DNA of 64,000 nucleotides. Origin: Candidatus Colwellbacteria bacterium (GTDB lineage: Bacteria; Patescibacteriota; Minisyncoccia; UBA6257; Colwellbacteraceae). Location of the stretch: positions 537,925 through 601,924 of the forward strand of contig JACOWZ010000003.1 of NCBI GenBank assembly GCA_016176525.1, read 5' to 3'. The notes below the pieces were generated by a model that was not told the DNA's origin, searched no databases, and saw only the letters and a program-made list of their open reading frames with translations. Made by a program: the position numbers and the translations under genes. Shown one piece after another: positions 54,201 to 62,238 of this stretch; the first letter of the stretch is position 1; each line of letters opens with the position of its first letter.

Positions 54201-54740
54201 GGAATATACTCCGCCGTCAACTTGCCAAGCGAATTCACAGGTAGTTGTGTCGCAACCATATCCAAAAGTTGGGGTTGAATCATTAATTAATGTGCCAGGA
54301 GTAGAAAGAATCGCCGTAATCGGTATGCTATTTATCGTATTTAAAGTGTACCTCCTAAACCAACCGACACCCGGGCTTGTGTCTGATGCAACCTGCACAT
54401 CATTGTCCGGCCTGCCGTTGCCATCTGCATCTTGCATCCAAAGGTATGTTTTACGCAGTTGCGCATCTCCAATAAGCACTATTGAACCCTGAATATTAAT
54501 TGAATAGCCCGAGTTCCAAACGATTGTTTGCCCTGTGTTAACAGTAAGAGTAGTTCCCGAACTGACAGTTAAGTTGCCTTGCTCAATACCATCGGTGCCG
54601 CTGGGGAACTGACACGATGAAGACACAGTGGTGTTGCCCGAGGCATCCCTGGAACAATCAGCAGCAAAGGCGGGCTCGCCGTTTAAAAGCACAAAGAAAA
54701 ATGCGATAAAAGCTAATATGCTGATAGTTTTTTTAATCAT
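51207..54740 (-). CDS. Giant secreted surface protein (1177 aa) with Ig-like repeats, a poly-Gly linker, a LamG/concanavalin-like domain and a Y/G/Q-rich tandem repeat
   Basis: Signal peptide MIKKTISILAFIAFFFVLLNGEPAFA. Three repeats of about 85 aa (TPTFGYGCDTT...GAHTFYVKARDSAGTEDTTPASFSFTVD). GGGGGGGG. LamG-like ...DELAIWNRTLSAAEISELYNGG. (GYYQ/GYYYGQ)n block. Confidence 0.6.
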   Translation of the reverse strand: MIKKTISILAFIAFFFVLLNGEPAFAADCSRDASGNTTVSSSCQFPSGTDGIEQGNLTVSSGTTLTVNTGQTIVWNSGYSINIQGSIVLIGDAQLRKTYLWMQDADGNGRPDNDVQVASDTSPGVGWFRRYTLNTINSIPITAILSTPGTLINDSTPTFGYGCDTTTCEFAWQVDGGVYSAWSALLSATTGALSDGAHTFYVKARDSAGTEDTTPASFSFTVDATGPATSITSNPLTVSTDTTPSFAYSCTDAHTPCQYSWKIDSGTYSAWSTTASVTTGALLDGGHTFYVKARDAVTNVPNEDLTPASYSFTIDTTAPNTVITSNPGASTSDSTPTFGYGGSGSDCGGANSPCTFSWQVSQDSGTPETPLQATGIATPSSTTGDYNMGYKFSASIDGQITKLGSRCASATRTVRLYRVSDSALLASATVNTTGTTNWVYTNITPVSITANTDYFVAVRDGGYCYTTFTTPVTSGSVNIKNSGYLYQSNSMPTNTVTNYMYGQADVEFVPGGGGGGGGSSTLTDSLISYWKFDEGSGTSFSDSHGTSNGSLFNNTTWATGKIGSALSFDGADDYARVSSPTFPSGDFSYAAWIFIDGWVGGESFTIIDIPTSSESTAFRSYVLSSSGNVRTLVQESWTSLGDTGALSAGQWYHIATTKSGTTFKTYINGALSATFSPPTTTPIFTSGCPINIGLYRFMYQSTCTNAPFYGDSDGKIDELAIWNRTLSAAEISELYNGGSGKQYSFTGGSSSWSSWSTPTSVTLPTQSVGSHTFEVKARDAVLNEDTTPAEFAFSVTPYAEGYYYSQGAYYSEGYYYGQGYYQGYYQSYYYGQGYYYGQGYYQGYYQGYYYGQGYYQGYYQGYYQGYYYAQGSYASYTLNVNSSGLSGVSITGSPSTYGGTTNYSKPSISGGTYIELTSTGELSGKIIEDFTGCDDQVWSYSGTPTSTTLDWVRCKLTVNSSRTATVVYNYPIALYQDSWYGGSTTGFSCCSAISNLHSYGWGDFASSAKVGTTYRVALYQDIDYGGSVHVFEDGTYPDFPSFGINDWASSLEFENESGISRHARKLNSTGANGTTGTLATFHGVSDTSSPVAISYKYCYYANSNGSTAYIRTYFDGSLVDTFSFTTPYTGAGTCTESNTGTYATRTFNVFSTVSNTIRFDFQNGDYQLRVSNITIDF
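52110..52340 (-). repeat. In-frame tandem short repeat encoding (G-Y-Y-Q / G-Y-Y-Y-G-Q)n inside the giant surface protein
   Basis: 12-15-nt units (tagtagccttga / taatatccttga...) repeated about 15 times. Protein: EGYYYGQGYYQGYYQSYYYGQGYYYGQGYYQGYYQGYYYGQGYYQGYYQGYYQGYYYAQG. Confidence 0.7.
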
Positions 54741-55201
54741 AATGTTAGCTCTATTATTGAATCGCTCGTGGCATCATATGCCGAGATAACCGCGTTGTAG
54801 CCTGTAACACTATCATAATTTGCAGCCCACTTGCCCTGCCAAAAGCCATCTCTGCTTCTGCCGTTTAAGAGCTCTAGTTGATACGGATATTCCTGTGTTT
54901 CGGTTTTTATAGTCACTGTGACCGATTTTACGGGCCTAAAATTTGTAACATGCACGCTAAACATCTGCTCCTCGCCGCGCTTAATATCAAACGGGTCAAT
55001 AAAGCCGCTTACTATTCTTGGACCCCTCTCGCCGCTAGAAACAGTAAACACCTCGCCCCTTTCCGACGGGCTCGGCACAAATTTATCACTATTCACTACC
55101 TGCTCTTCGCTAAAAGGAAATAAAGTTATAAATACAAAAAATATGGCAATTGCAAGCGCAAAGAGAGCTAGATAATCTTGTTGACTGCCTTTTTTAGCCA
55201 T
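54737..55201 (-). CDS. Small secreted/membrane-anchored hypothetical protein of 154 aa
   Basis: N-terminal hydrophobic helix. It overlaps the giant protein start by 4 bp. Confidence 0.35.
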   Translation of the reverse strand: MAKKGSQQDYLALFALAIAIFFVFITLFPFSEEQVVNSDKFVPSPSERGEVFTVSSGERGPRIVSGFIDPFDIKRGEEQMFSVHVTNFRPVKSVTVTIKTETQEYPYQLELLNGRSRDGFWQGKWAANYDSVTGYNAVISAYDATSDSIIELTL

Positions 55202-55719
55202 TAATTAATTATAACATTATAAAGCACAGCGATGCTGTGGAGAATTGGCAAGGCAGATGCATCCCCAGACGGCTCTACAATTATGCGCCAGAGCATTGCC
55301 CTGCCTTTAGTATTTGGAAAAACAACTCTTTCTCCAACTTTCACACTATGCCAAGTTGCGCCGTCGTTAGAAAGTTCCAGAGTAATATCGCTATCGCCAC
55401 CGGTAAAATCCAGATTATCTATTGAGGCAGATCGCACCTCGCCACCGTAGGTGTTGAGGTTTGCAGAGACAAGCTGGCCGGGCGAGATAAAGGCCATTGC
55501 CTCGGGGTCATGCCGCATAGTTGTTTCTGCCATATTAATCCATGTCGCGCTAGAAAATATATCTGTAAAGCTTGCGTCGCGTGCGTCCTCCGGCGCCTCG
55601 CTCGTTTTACCATCCGTATAAATCCACGCTAGAAGTATGGCGCTTGCTAAAAGCAAAACAACAAGCGCGCCAAACGCTATTCGTTTACTATTAGTTTGCC
55701 CGTTACTTCGTTCCTGCAT
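55201..55719 (-). CDS. Small membrane-anchored hypothetical protein of 172 aa
   Basis: N-terminal TM helix ALVVLLLASAILLAWIY. It is contiguous with its neighbours. Confidence 0.35.
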   Translation of the reverse strand: MQERSNGQTNSKRIAFGALVVLLLASAILLAWIYTDGKTSEAPEDARDASFTDIFSSATWINMAETTMRHDPEAMAFISPGQLVSANLNTYGGEVRSASIDNLDFTGGDSDITLELSNDGATWHSVKVGERVVFPNTKGRAMLWRIIVEPSGDASALPILHSIAVLYNVIIN

Positions 55720-56243
55720 GAATTTTGGCAGTAAAATTCGTATTCGCCATGGCCAGAAACCTGGAATTGTATAGTTTCTGTTGTGCCCTCAATTATTTCT
55801 TTATAAACTCCCAGGTCCGAGAAAAAGATATCGTAGTTGCCGTCAACCGCTGTAAAATTAATCTTTACAATATCACCGGTGTTTACAACGATTGTACTCG
55901 GCACATATTTTTGATTCTCCCCGCTTATATCAAACTCGCGGCGCTCAACTGTGCCGACTTGTGTAACTTTTGTTGGTACAGCAACATCTTGATTGGCTGA
56001 ACTCCCCACTTCGGGGGTAGCTACTGTCTCTGTTATTTCTTTTCTTGTACCGCCCTCTACGGTTTCTAATGCATCTGGGTCGTTTGGTCTGAATCTGTCT
56101 TCACCCAAAACTACCACGCCTTCATCGGTTAACAATTGCGGTTCTTGTGTAGGCGCAGGTTTAAGTTGTAAAAATAAAATAATAATAACAGCAACTGCGG
56201 CAACCAGTGCCATACCCCATATTAACTGTGCCTTAACACTCAT
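55677..56243 (-). CDS. Small secreted hypothetical protein of 188 aa, possibly with an Ig-like beta domain
   Basis: N-terminal TM/signal segment, a Pro/Thr/Glu-rich linker, then a beta-rich C-terminal domain. I recognise no catalytic motif. Confidence 0.35.
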   Translation of the reverse strand: MSVKAQLIWGMALVAAVAVIIILFLQLKPAPTQEPQLLTDEGVVVLGEDRFRPNDPDALETVEGGTRKEITETVATPEVGSSANQDVAVPTKVTQVGTVERREFDISGENQKYVPSTIVVNTGDIVKINFTAVDGNYDIFFSDLGVYKEIIEGTTETIQFQVSGHGEYEFYCQNSCRNEVTGKLIVNE

Positions 56244-56259
56244 AGTTTTATTATATCAC

Positions 56260-59200
56260 TTATAATTTTTCGTTTATGTTAATCGCGCCTTCTTTTATGT
56301 GCTCTCCAACTTCATCATCTGTTATTGCTCTATCCGCTACCAACCTGTAGCTTACCTCTCCTTCGCCGCTGCCGTGGATTGTAAGGGTATTTGCGATTGT
56401 GTCTTTGGTGTACCAAACGCGGCCATCAAACCCCGGGGTTAAAAACACCTGCAGACCCTCCATATCCGCACCAAAGTTTGTTATTTGGTAGAAAACCCAA
56501 AGATTACTGCCTCGCTTAAGGTTATCAAAATCAATAATATATTCATTCCCGGCTAGGTGCGCAGTGTCTACCACTTCTTCTTTTGTGGAACCCGCCATAA
56601 ATGGCGCATAGGTTGCGTAGTCTTCGCCGCCAATGTTGTACACCGGGTCGATCGTGGCAACTGTAATTTTGTTTACGCCAAGAATGTTGTTGTTATTCAT
56701 GTTTAAGTTGCCGTCAAAACGCCCTTCGCCTGCAACATGAAGTTTTACGGCAGGACTCGCCGTTCCGATGCCAACATTCCCGCTGCCTGGCATTAGCCGA
56801 ATATGATCACCCACTCCCCCGGCAGAATATAAAGAAAGATGGTTACCATTTTCCGCTTTTATACAAAATTCGTCTGTAACGTTTGTACAACTAGTCCATG
56901 CCCCGTCATACAACATAATACCCTGGCGTGTTGCTCCAGAATAAAACCCTAGCCACTCGTAAGTGGTGTCGTCTGCTCGCGCGCTATGGAATCCGATTTT
57001 ATCGTTTGTGCTGTTGATATCGGTGCCGATAGTCAGATTACCGGAGAATGTTCCCGATCCTCCATTCACTATATTTCTTGATGAATCTATAAATTGTGTG
57101 GTGCCGACTTTAAGGTCTCTCACCCTAAGGGTCTCGTATCCGGTTCCTGGGTTGTCTATAACCGCGAGATCCCCGCTGTTGTCGCCATCCACATAACCGA
57201 ACTGGGACGCAACCGCGCCGGAGTAGTGGAAAGATATTCTTGGGGCGTCGCCCGCGCCGGCGTTCCAATCCTGTATAACCTCTAGGGGCGCTTGGTTGTA
57301 AGCTAGTCCTGCGGAGCCCTGCAACAGACGCATCCTTCCGCTAACATCTAATTTGGACCCTGGACTCGTAGTCCCTATGCCGACGTTACCACTGGTGTTG
57401 GCAAAAAGTACGTTAGTGCGGTAGGCAAAGTTGCCTCCGCTTGCAACACTCAAGGTAGCTCCACCCGATCCCACCTCTAATGTGCCGTCAGTGCGCATTA
57501 TTCCAGCATTGTGGTAGATATTCTTAGAGCCATAACTTCGAATCCATGTAGTGTCTGACATATACCATCCACCACCATATGTTTCAAACAATAGCGGGTT
57601 ACTGCCTATAAGGCGTAGATTACCGCTTCCACGAATGTCTCCTATAACATCAAGGGGGTAACTTGGGCTCACCGTGCCTACACCTACACGCTGATTAGTT
57701 GCGTCAACGTATAAAACCGGTGAAGTACTCGCCGCCGCGTCAAAACGATAGCTGCCTTTTGTAGTGGTAGAACCAAACGTGCCCGGCGTAATTTGCCCAG
57801 CCGCAATTGCACTTGTGGTTTCTACATTGCCCGTAATGGTGCCGGATACATCCAAATCGCCGGTGATGTTTGTGTTACCGTTTACGTTTAGTTTGTATAC
57901 ACCGGGCGTTGTGGTGGCAATACCGACACTGCCGAATGTCGGAACAAGAAGAACGTTATTAGCTACACTAATCATATCTACATTAGCACCAGTAGCGCTA
58001 GCCGAAGTTCTAAGAACTATAGCATCATTTGTGTTATCTCTTACTTGTATGACTAATCTAGAGTCCTCTGTATTCAGATTATGCTCTCCATAGATTAATC
58101 CGTCGTCTGTAGACCCAATACCCGCTGTGCCGCTGTTTGTTCCCGCGTTGAATTGAATGGCATTTATTGGAATATTAACGTTTCCAATAACCTCAAGTTT
58201 TGTTGTTGGCGAGGCCGTCCCTATTCCAACGTTGCCAGATCTTTGAATCAGAAATCTAGGTGTCGTTAAATTATTATCATCAAATACTTGAAAGGCATTT
58301 GTACTATCATTGACTATAATATTCACAGTTGCATTTCCAGCTGCTCCGTTACCAACTTTAAGTTTGGGTTGAGCATCATCACTTATTCCTCTATCTGCAA
58401 CTTCTAAATTAGCACCTGGGCTAGCCGTACCTATGCCGATATTGCCGCTTCCATCTATTCTCATTCTTTCCGATGGAGCGTCGTTTGTTGAACCTGCGTT
58501 GAATATAATATCTCCCCCTGATTGATTAGCGTTGATATTCAATTCTCCACTCTGAACACCGAAACCGTAAACGGTGGTACCAGATTCATAAAGTCGAATA
58601 TGTGCAGTGGGATTTGTACCCCCAGTATCATAGAACGTTCCAAAGGACAATTTAGATCCCGGCGCCGTCGTCCCAATACCAACGTTGCCGTTCACGGAAA
58701 GCTTGGCCGTGTGGGACGTTACTCCTGCGTCATAACCAATTCCCACCTCGTTTTCGCCTTTCGCCTTAAAAGACACTATCTGGTTGCCGTCGCCATTGCC
58801 TACCCCGAAATTCTCGCCGCCAGTACTCGACTCGCCGACTAAGTAAAGTGTGTCATAGTCAGCAGTCGGCCCGGTGACGGTCCACCGGTAATCGATGGGG
58901 TTGGTTGTTCCGGTGGGCTCAATCCTTGACATACCCTTGACCGTCAACGGGTTACCCGGAGATGTCGTCCCGATGCCGACGTTGCCGCCTGCGGCTATTG
59001 TCAGCCTGTCCAATGAGTTTGTCCTAAATCTAAAATCCCTTGAACCAGAATTGTGCCCTATTGAAAGACCTGTATTGTCCATTACGAAGTCTGTTGTGTA
59101 TCCTGATGTTGACGTTGAACCATTGAATCTGAAAGCTGTATTTACACCATCTTGTATATGCAATTTCGTTCCAGGGCTCGTCGTCCCTATACCTACCCGC

Positions 59201-60639
59201 TCATTAGCTCCGTCAATAATAGCCCAGCCAGTTGTGAGCCCAGTCTTTCTAAATGTATAGTTTACAGAAGAGCTAGGATATGCAGAGCCAAAAGTGCCTC
59301 CACTAACTTGCGCTGCGACAAGTTCACTTGTGGTTTCTACATTGCCAGTAATTGTGCCAGATACGTCTAAATTACCAGTTATGTTTGTGTTGCCTGCGAC
59401 GTTCAGCTTATAAGTTCCCGGAGTAGTAATACCGATACCAACATTACCTGTTGAATCTATAGTAACTCTGTCAACTCCATTATCCTGGATATGCAAAGCA
59501 CTTATATCTGCATCAACCGATCCGATATATACATCATTAACACCATTTATCCCAAGGATTCTTGTTGATGCTCCTGCGGAATTCTTGGCTCTGTAATACT
59601 GTGCGTTTGCGTTCAGAGTTATGTCGCCGTTAACATCGAGCTTTGAACCCGGCGTGACTGTACCTATGCCGACGTTGCCGGAGTTGAGAATTGTCATGGC
59701 CGTTGTCGCATTGGTTCCCAAATAGATGTGATGGTTCTCGCGTTGCCACAGGTAGACATCCTGGTTTGAATCCACTTGGACATCAAATCCGTCACCGGAC
59801 GCAGACCCCGTGTTAGCGTTGCTTATCTTGATCTGAGAATCGGTTCCTGCACCATTCACATGCAATTGTCTTTGAGGACTTGTCGTCCCGATGCCGACGT
59901 TGCCGCTAACAACCAAACTATTTGCTGGCGCAGCAGTGCTTGCGGAATACCCTATTGCCGCGTTGCCATTGACTTGAAGTTTTGAACCTGCTGTTGCCGT
60001 GCCAATGCCAACCCCTCCGGTTCCGGATGGTTCAAGGATGATATCTCCTCCCCCCGGCTGTTCATTTTTAATATGGAAATCAAAAGTGTTAGCATTCGGA
60101 AAACCCAATTTTGCAAGGCTAGTCCAGCCCCCAACGGTTGGTGAAAAACCATACTCTATGTATGGTATGGCGGTGGCTGCGTCGGTTGCGGCACTTCGCA
60201 AGCGGAGGTGCGGGTTTATACCTTTAATCTCTAGTTTGGCTGCCGGTTCGCGAACGTTATCAACGAAATCATCGCCAATACCGACATTTGTGTTGTTATG
60301 AAAAAGGTTTGTCGTTGACACCCAAGCGGGCGCGCCCAGTGCATTCGTGCCTCCATAAATAGTTGCGCCTTGTATTACCGATGGTAACAGACCTTCAATC
60401 TCTCTCCATTCTGCTAAACCATCAGTGTTTGTGGCAGTAAGAACTGTGCCATCCGTCGGGTTGCCGCCGCTTATCTGAATACGCCTGCCGCCGGTAATTC
60501 CCACCGTAGTGTCTGAAACCGTTATAGCCGAACCTCCACCGCCAGGCGGTTGTTGAGTTGGTTGTGCAAAAACAACAGTAGCGCCAATTATGCTCACAAA
60601 GAGAAGCACAAGCGCCCGATTTAACACTCTTATAACCAT
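56260..60639 (-). CDS. Giant secreted repeat protein (1459 aa) with at least 12 repeats of a GNVGIGTTSPGxKL module. Probably a beta-helical fibre or adhesin.
   Basis: Signal-peptide-like N-terminus. Recurrent units such as SGNVGIGTTSPQRQLHVNG, GNVGIGTVTPGSKLDVNG, GNVGIGITTPGTYKLNVAGNTNITGNLDVSGTITGNVETTS (seen twice), GNIGIGTASPGANLEV and GNVGIGTASPAVKLHVAG. Confidence 0.6.
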   Translation of the reverse strand: MVIRVLNRALVLLFVSIIGATVVFAQPTQQPPGGGGSAITVSDTTVGITGGRRIQISGGNPTDGTVLTATNTDGLAEWREIEGLLPSVIQGATIYGGTNALGAPAWVSTTNLFHNNTNVGIGDDFVDNVREPAAKLEIKGINPHLRLRSAATDAATAIPYIEYGFSPTVGGWTSLAKLGFPNANTFDFHIKNEQPGGGDIILEPSGTGGVGIGTATAGSKLQVNGNAAIGYSASTAAPANSLVVSGNVGIGTTSPQRQLHVNGAGTDSQIKISNANTGSASGDGFDVQVDSNQDVYLWQRENHHIYLGTNATTAMTILNSGNVGIGTVTPGSKLDVNGDITLNANAQYYRAKNSAGASTRILGINGVNDVYIGSVDADISALHIQDNGVDRVTIDSTGNVGIGITTPGTYKLNVAGNTNITGNLDVSGTITGNVETTSELVAAQVSGGTFGSAYPSSSVNYTFRKTGLTTGWAIIDGANERVGIGTTSPGTKLHIQDGVNTAFRFNGSTSTSGYTTDFVMDNTGLSIGHNSGSRDFRFRTNSLDRLTIAAGGNVGIGTTSPGNPLTVKGMSRIEPTGTTNPIDYRWTVTGPTADYDTLYLVGESSTGGENFGVGNGDGNQIVSFKAKGENEVGIGYDAGVTSHTAKLSVNGNVGIGTTAPGSKLSFGTFYDTGGTNPTAHIRLYESGTTVYGFGVQSGELNINANQSGGDIIFNAGSTNDAPSERMRIDGSGNIGIGTASPGANLEVADRGISDDAQPKLKVGNGAAGNATVNIIVNDSTNAFQVFDDNNLTTPRFLIQRSGNVGIGTASPTTKLEVIGNVNIPINAIQFNAGTNSGTAGIGSTDDGLIYGEHNLNTEDSRLVIQVRDNTNDAIVLRTSASATGANVDMISVANNVLLVPTFGSVGIATTTPGVYKLNVNGNTNITGDLDVSGTITGNVETTSAIAAGQITPGTFGSTTTKGSYRFDAAASTSPVLYVDATNQRVGVGTVSPSYPLDVIGDIRGSGNLRLIGSNPLLFETYGGGWYMSDTTWIRSYGSKNIYHNAGIMRTDGTLEVGSGGATLSVASGGNFAYRTNVLFANTSGNVGIGTTSPGSKLDVSGRMRLLQGSAGLAYNQAPLEVIQDWNAGAGDAPRISFHYSGAVASQFGYVDGDNSGDLAVIDNPGTGYETLRVRDLKVGTTQFIDSSRNIVNGGSGTFSGNLTIGTDINSTNDKIGFHSARADDTTYEWLGFYSGATRQGIMLYDGAWTSCTNVTDEFCIKAENGNHLSLYSAGGVGDHIRLMPGSGNVGIGTASPAVKLHVAGEGRFDGNLNMNNNNILGVNKITVATIDPVYNIGGEDYATYAPFMAGSTKEEVVDTAHLAGNEYIIDFDNLKRGSNLWVFYQITNFGADMEGLQVFLTPGFDGRVWYTKDTIANTLTIHGSGEGEVSYRLVADRAITDDEVGEHIKEGAININEKL

Positions 60640-60657
60640 TCTCGTAATTATAACATC

Positions 60658-61539
60658 TTATATAGCGGCGCAGGTGTTGAAATCTTTAACACTTTGGTTA
60701 TATGTTGCAATGTCTTCTTTAACCTCTTCAAGTAGGGCATTATATTGCTCGGCAAGCGCGTTGTATTCATCTATCTTTTGGTTATACTCCGGCCCGCTCT
60801 TGGGCCTGGTTTGTTCCAAATCAACTTTCCGCTCTTCTAGCTCCGCCGCCCAAATTTCTAGTTGCGCCTCATTTGATTCAATCTCCGCGGCCAAATACTC
60901 TGCTACAGGCGGGCAATAAGAGAGAGGCAAGCCAAATTCTTGCGCGGCAAGCCAAACACTTTGGCCATTAAACTCACCTTTTTCTGCATACACGCCAATT
61001 TCCGTAAACCTCTGGTTAAGAATATTTGCTCTGTGGCCTGGGCTATTCATCCAACCATCTACAACCATTTCGTCCCCCGCCCAGTTGCCCAGCGCCAAGT
61101 TTTCGCCTATCAAAATAAATTGATAGTTTGCGCCCGCTGCCAGATCCGCAGGACCCGTGCCATTGGGCGAAACGTGTTCAAAATATTCAAGCGCGAACAT
61201 ATCTTTAACCTTAGCGATGGCGGCATTTTTAAGTTTTAAGTTTTCAGAGAGGGGCGGTAAACCCTGTTCCGCACGATGTTTGTTTGTCCAACTTATTATG
61301 CCCGCGCTTGTAAGCTCTTTGCCGGGCAGAGATGTGCGTGATTTTAAGGGGCCGGGTGTGAGCACACGGTCTGCGCTGGGCAAAACCTCAACGCGAGAAA
61401 CAATGTCACTCAAAATTTCGTCTACTGCAGGCAGCCTTGACCATAAGCTCGCGATATCAGAACGGAACACCGTTAACACACCTACTGTAACTACCAATGC
61501 AAGAAATACTAAAATTATTTTTATTATGTGATTAAACAT
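60658..61539 (-). CDS. CAP (SCP/PR-1-like) domain protein with an N-terminal TM helix and a C-terminal coiled coil
   Basis: GWMNSPGHRANILNQRFTEIGV is a canonical CAP motif (HYTQVVW / GHxxN-type region). The N-terminal helix is IILVFLALVVTVGVLTVF. The C-terminus is E/L/A-rich. Confidence 0.65.
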   Translation of the reverse strand: MFNHIIKIILVFLALVVTVGVLTVFRSDIASLWSRLPAVDEILSDIVSRVEVLPSADRVLTPGPLKSRTSLPGKELTSAGIISWTNKHRAEQGLPPLSENLKLKNAAIAKVKDMFALEYFEHVSPNGTGPADLAAGANYQFILIGENLALGNWAGDEMVVDGWMNSPGHRANILNQRFTEIGVYAEKGEFNGQSVWLAAQEFGLPLSYCPPVAEYLAAEIESNEAQLEIWAAELEERKVDLEQTRPKSGPEYNQKIDEYNALAEQYNALLEEVKEDIATYNQSVKDFNTCAAI

Positions 61540-61550
61540 GGCTTATCCAC

Positions 61551-61574
61551 GGTGTTATGATTAATCATAACACC
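61551..61574. repeat. Palindromic repeat family P24, copy 2 (GGTGTTATGATTAATCATAACACC). Intergenic between the CAP-domain gene and the PduO-like gene.
   Basis: Seen directly in the sequence. Confidence 0.75.
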
Positions 61575-61581
61575 GCATTCT

Positions 61582-62169
61582 CTATTTATATTTGGGGTGT
61601 TTTTCTCTTTTATGTGACTTTTTGGCTTCCATGCGCCCGAGGGCAAAAAATAGACTGGAAAGGCGGTTTAAATATGCCATTATCGCTGAGTCTGGCAACA
61701 AGGTGTTATGATTAATCATAACGCCTTGTTTTTTACTTTTATAATTCTTATAAAAAACAAGTGCACTGCGTTCCGCGCGGCGCGAAACTGCCCTTACATA
61801 ATCCAAAAGTGCAGACGTTTCGTTTACGCCGGATATGATAAATCCGCGTTCGGGTTTTAACTTGCGCTCACATTCGTCAATAATACGCTCAATTTCCGTT
61901 ATTTTAGTTTTTGGGAACGCCGGCGACTTGTATTTGCCGCCTAGCATAATATTTGCAACATTTGCTTGGATTATAAACAAATTTTCTTGCACGGTGTGTA
62001 AAATCTTTTTTGTCACCGCAGACAGCTTGCGCGCTTTTGCAACGCCTATAAGCGAGTTTAGCTCGTCTAGGTCGCCGAGCGCCGCAATTTCCACACAAGT
62101 TTTGTCTATCTTCTTCTTACCAATAACGCTTTTTCCACTATCACCCTTGCCGGTATAAAAAAGTCCCAT
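61582..62169 (-). CDS. PduO-type ATP:cob(I)alamin adenosyltransferase family protein. It carries an in-frame copy of the palindromic repeat.
   Basis: N-terminal YTGKGDSGKS...GDLDELNSLIG (compare YTRTGDKGETSL...LDELNS). C-terminal YLNRLSSLFFALGR (compare YLNRLSDLLFVLAR). The repeat encodes GVMINHNT at 61702-61725. Confidence 0.7.
   Translation of the reverse strand: MGLFYTGKGDSGKSVIGKKKIDKTCVEIAALGDLDELNSLIGVAKARKLSAVTKKILHTVQENLFIIQANVANIMLGGKYKSPAFPKTKITEIERIIDECERKLKPERGFIISGVNETSALLDYVRAVSRRAERSALVFYKNYKSKKQGVMINHNTLLPDSAIMAYLNRLSSLFFALGRMEAKKSHKREKHPKYK
61697..61730. repeat. Palindromic repeat family P24, copy 3, with extended arms AACAAGG...CCTTGTT. It lies in frame inside the PduO-like CDS.
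   Basis: Seen directly in the sequence. It encodes KQGVMINHNTL. Confidence 0.75.
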
Positions 62170-62174
62170 AGTAA

Positions 62175-62205
62175 TAGTTTATAGTTTTTAGTTGGTAGTT
62201 AGTAG
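62175..62205. repeat. TAGTTT(T/G)TAGTT repeat family, copy C (TAGTTTATAGTTTTTAGTTGGTAGTTAGTAG). Intergenic between the PduO-like gene and rsmE.
   Basis: Seen directly in the sequence. Confidence 0.65.
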
Positions 62206-62238
62206 TGAACACAAAATCTACACACTACCTACTATACA

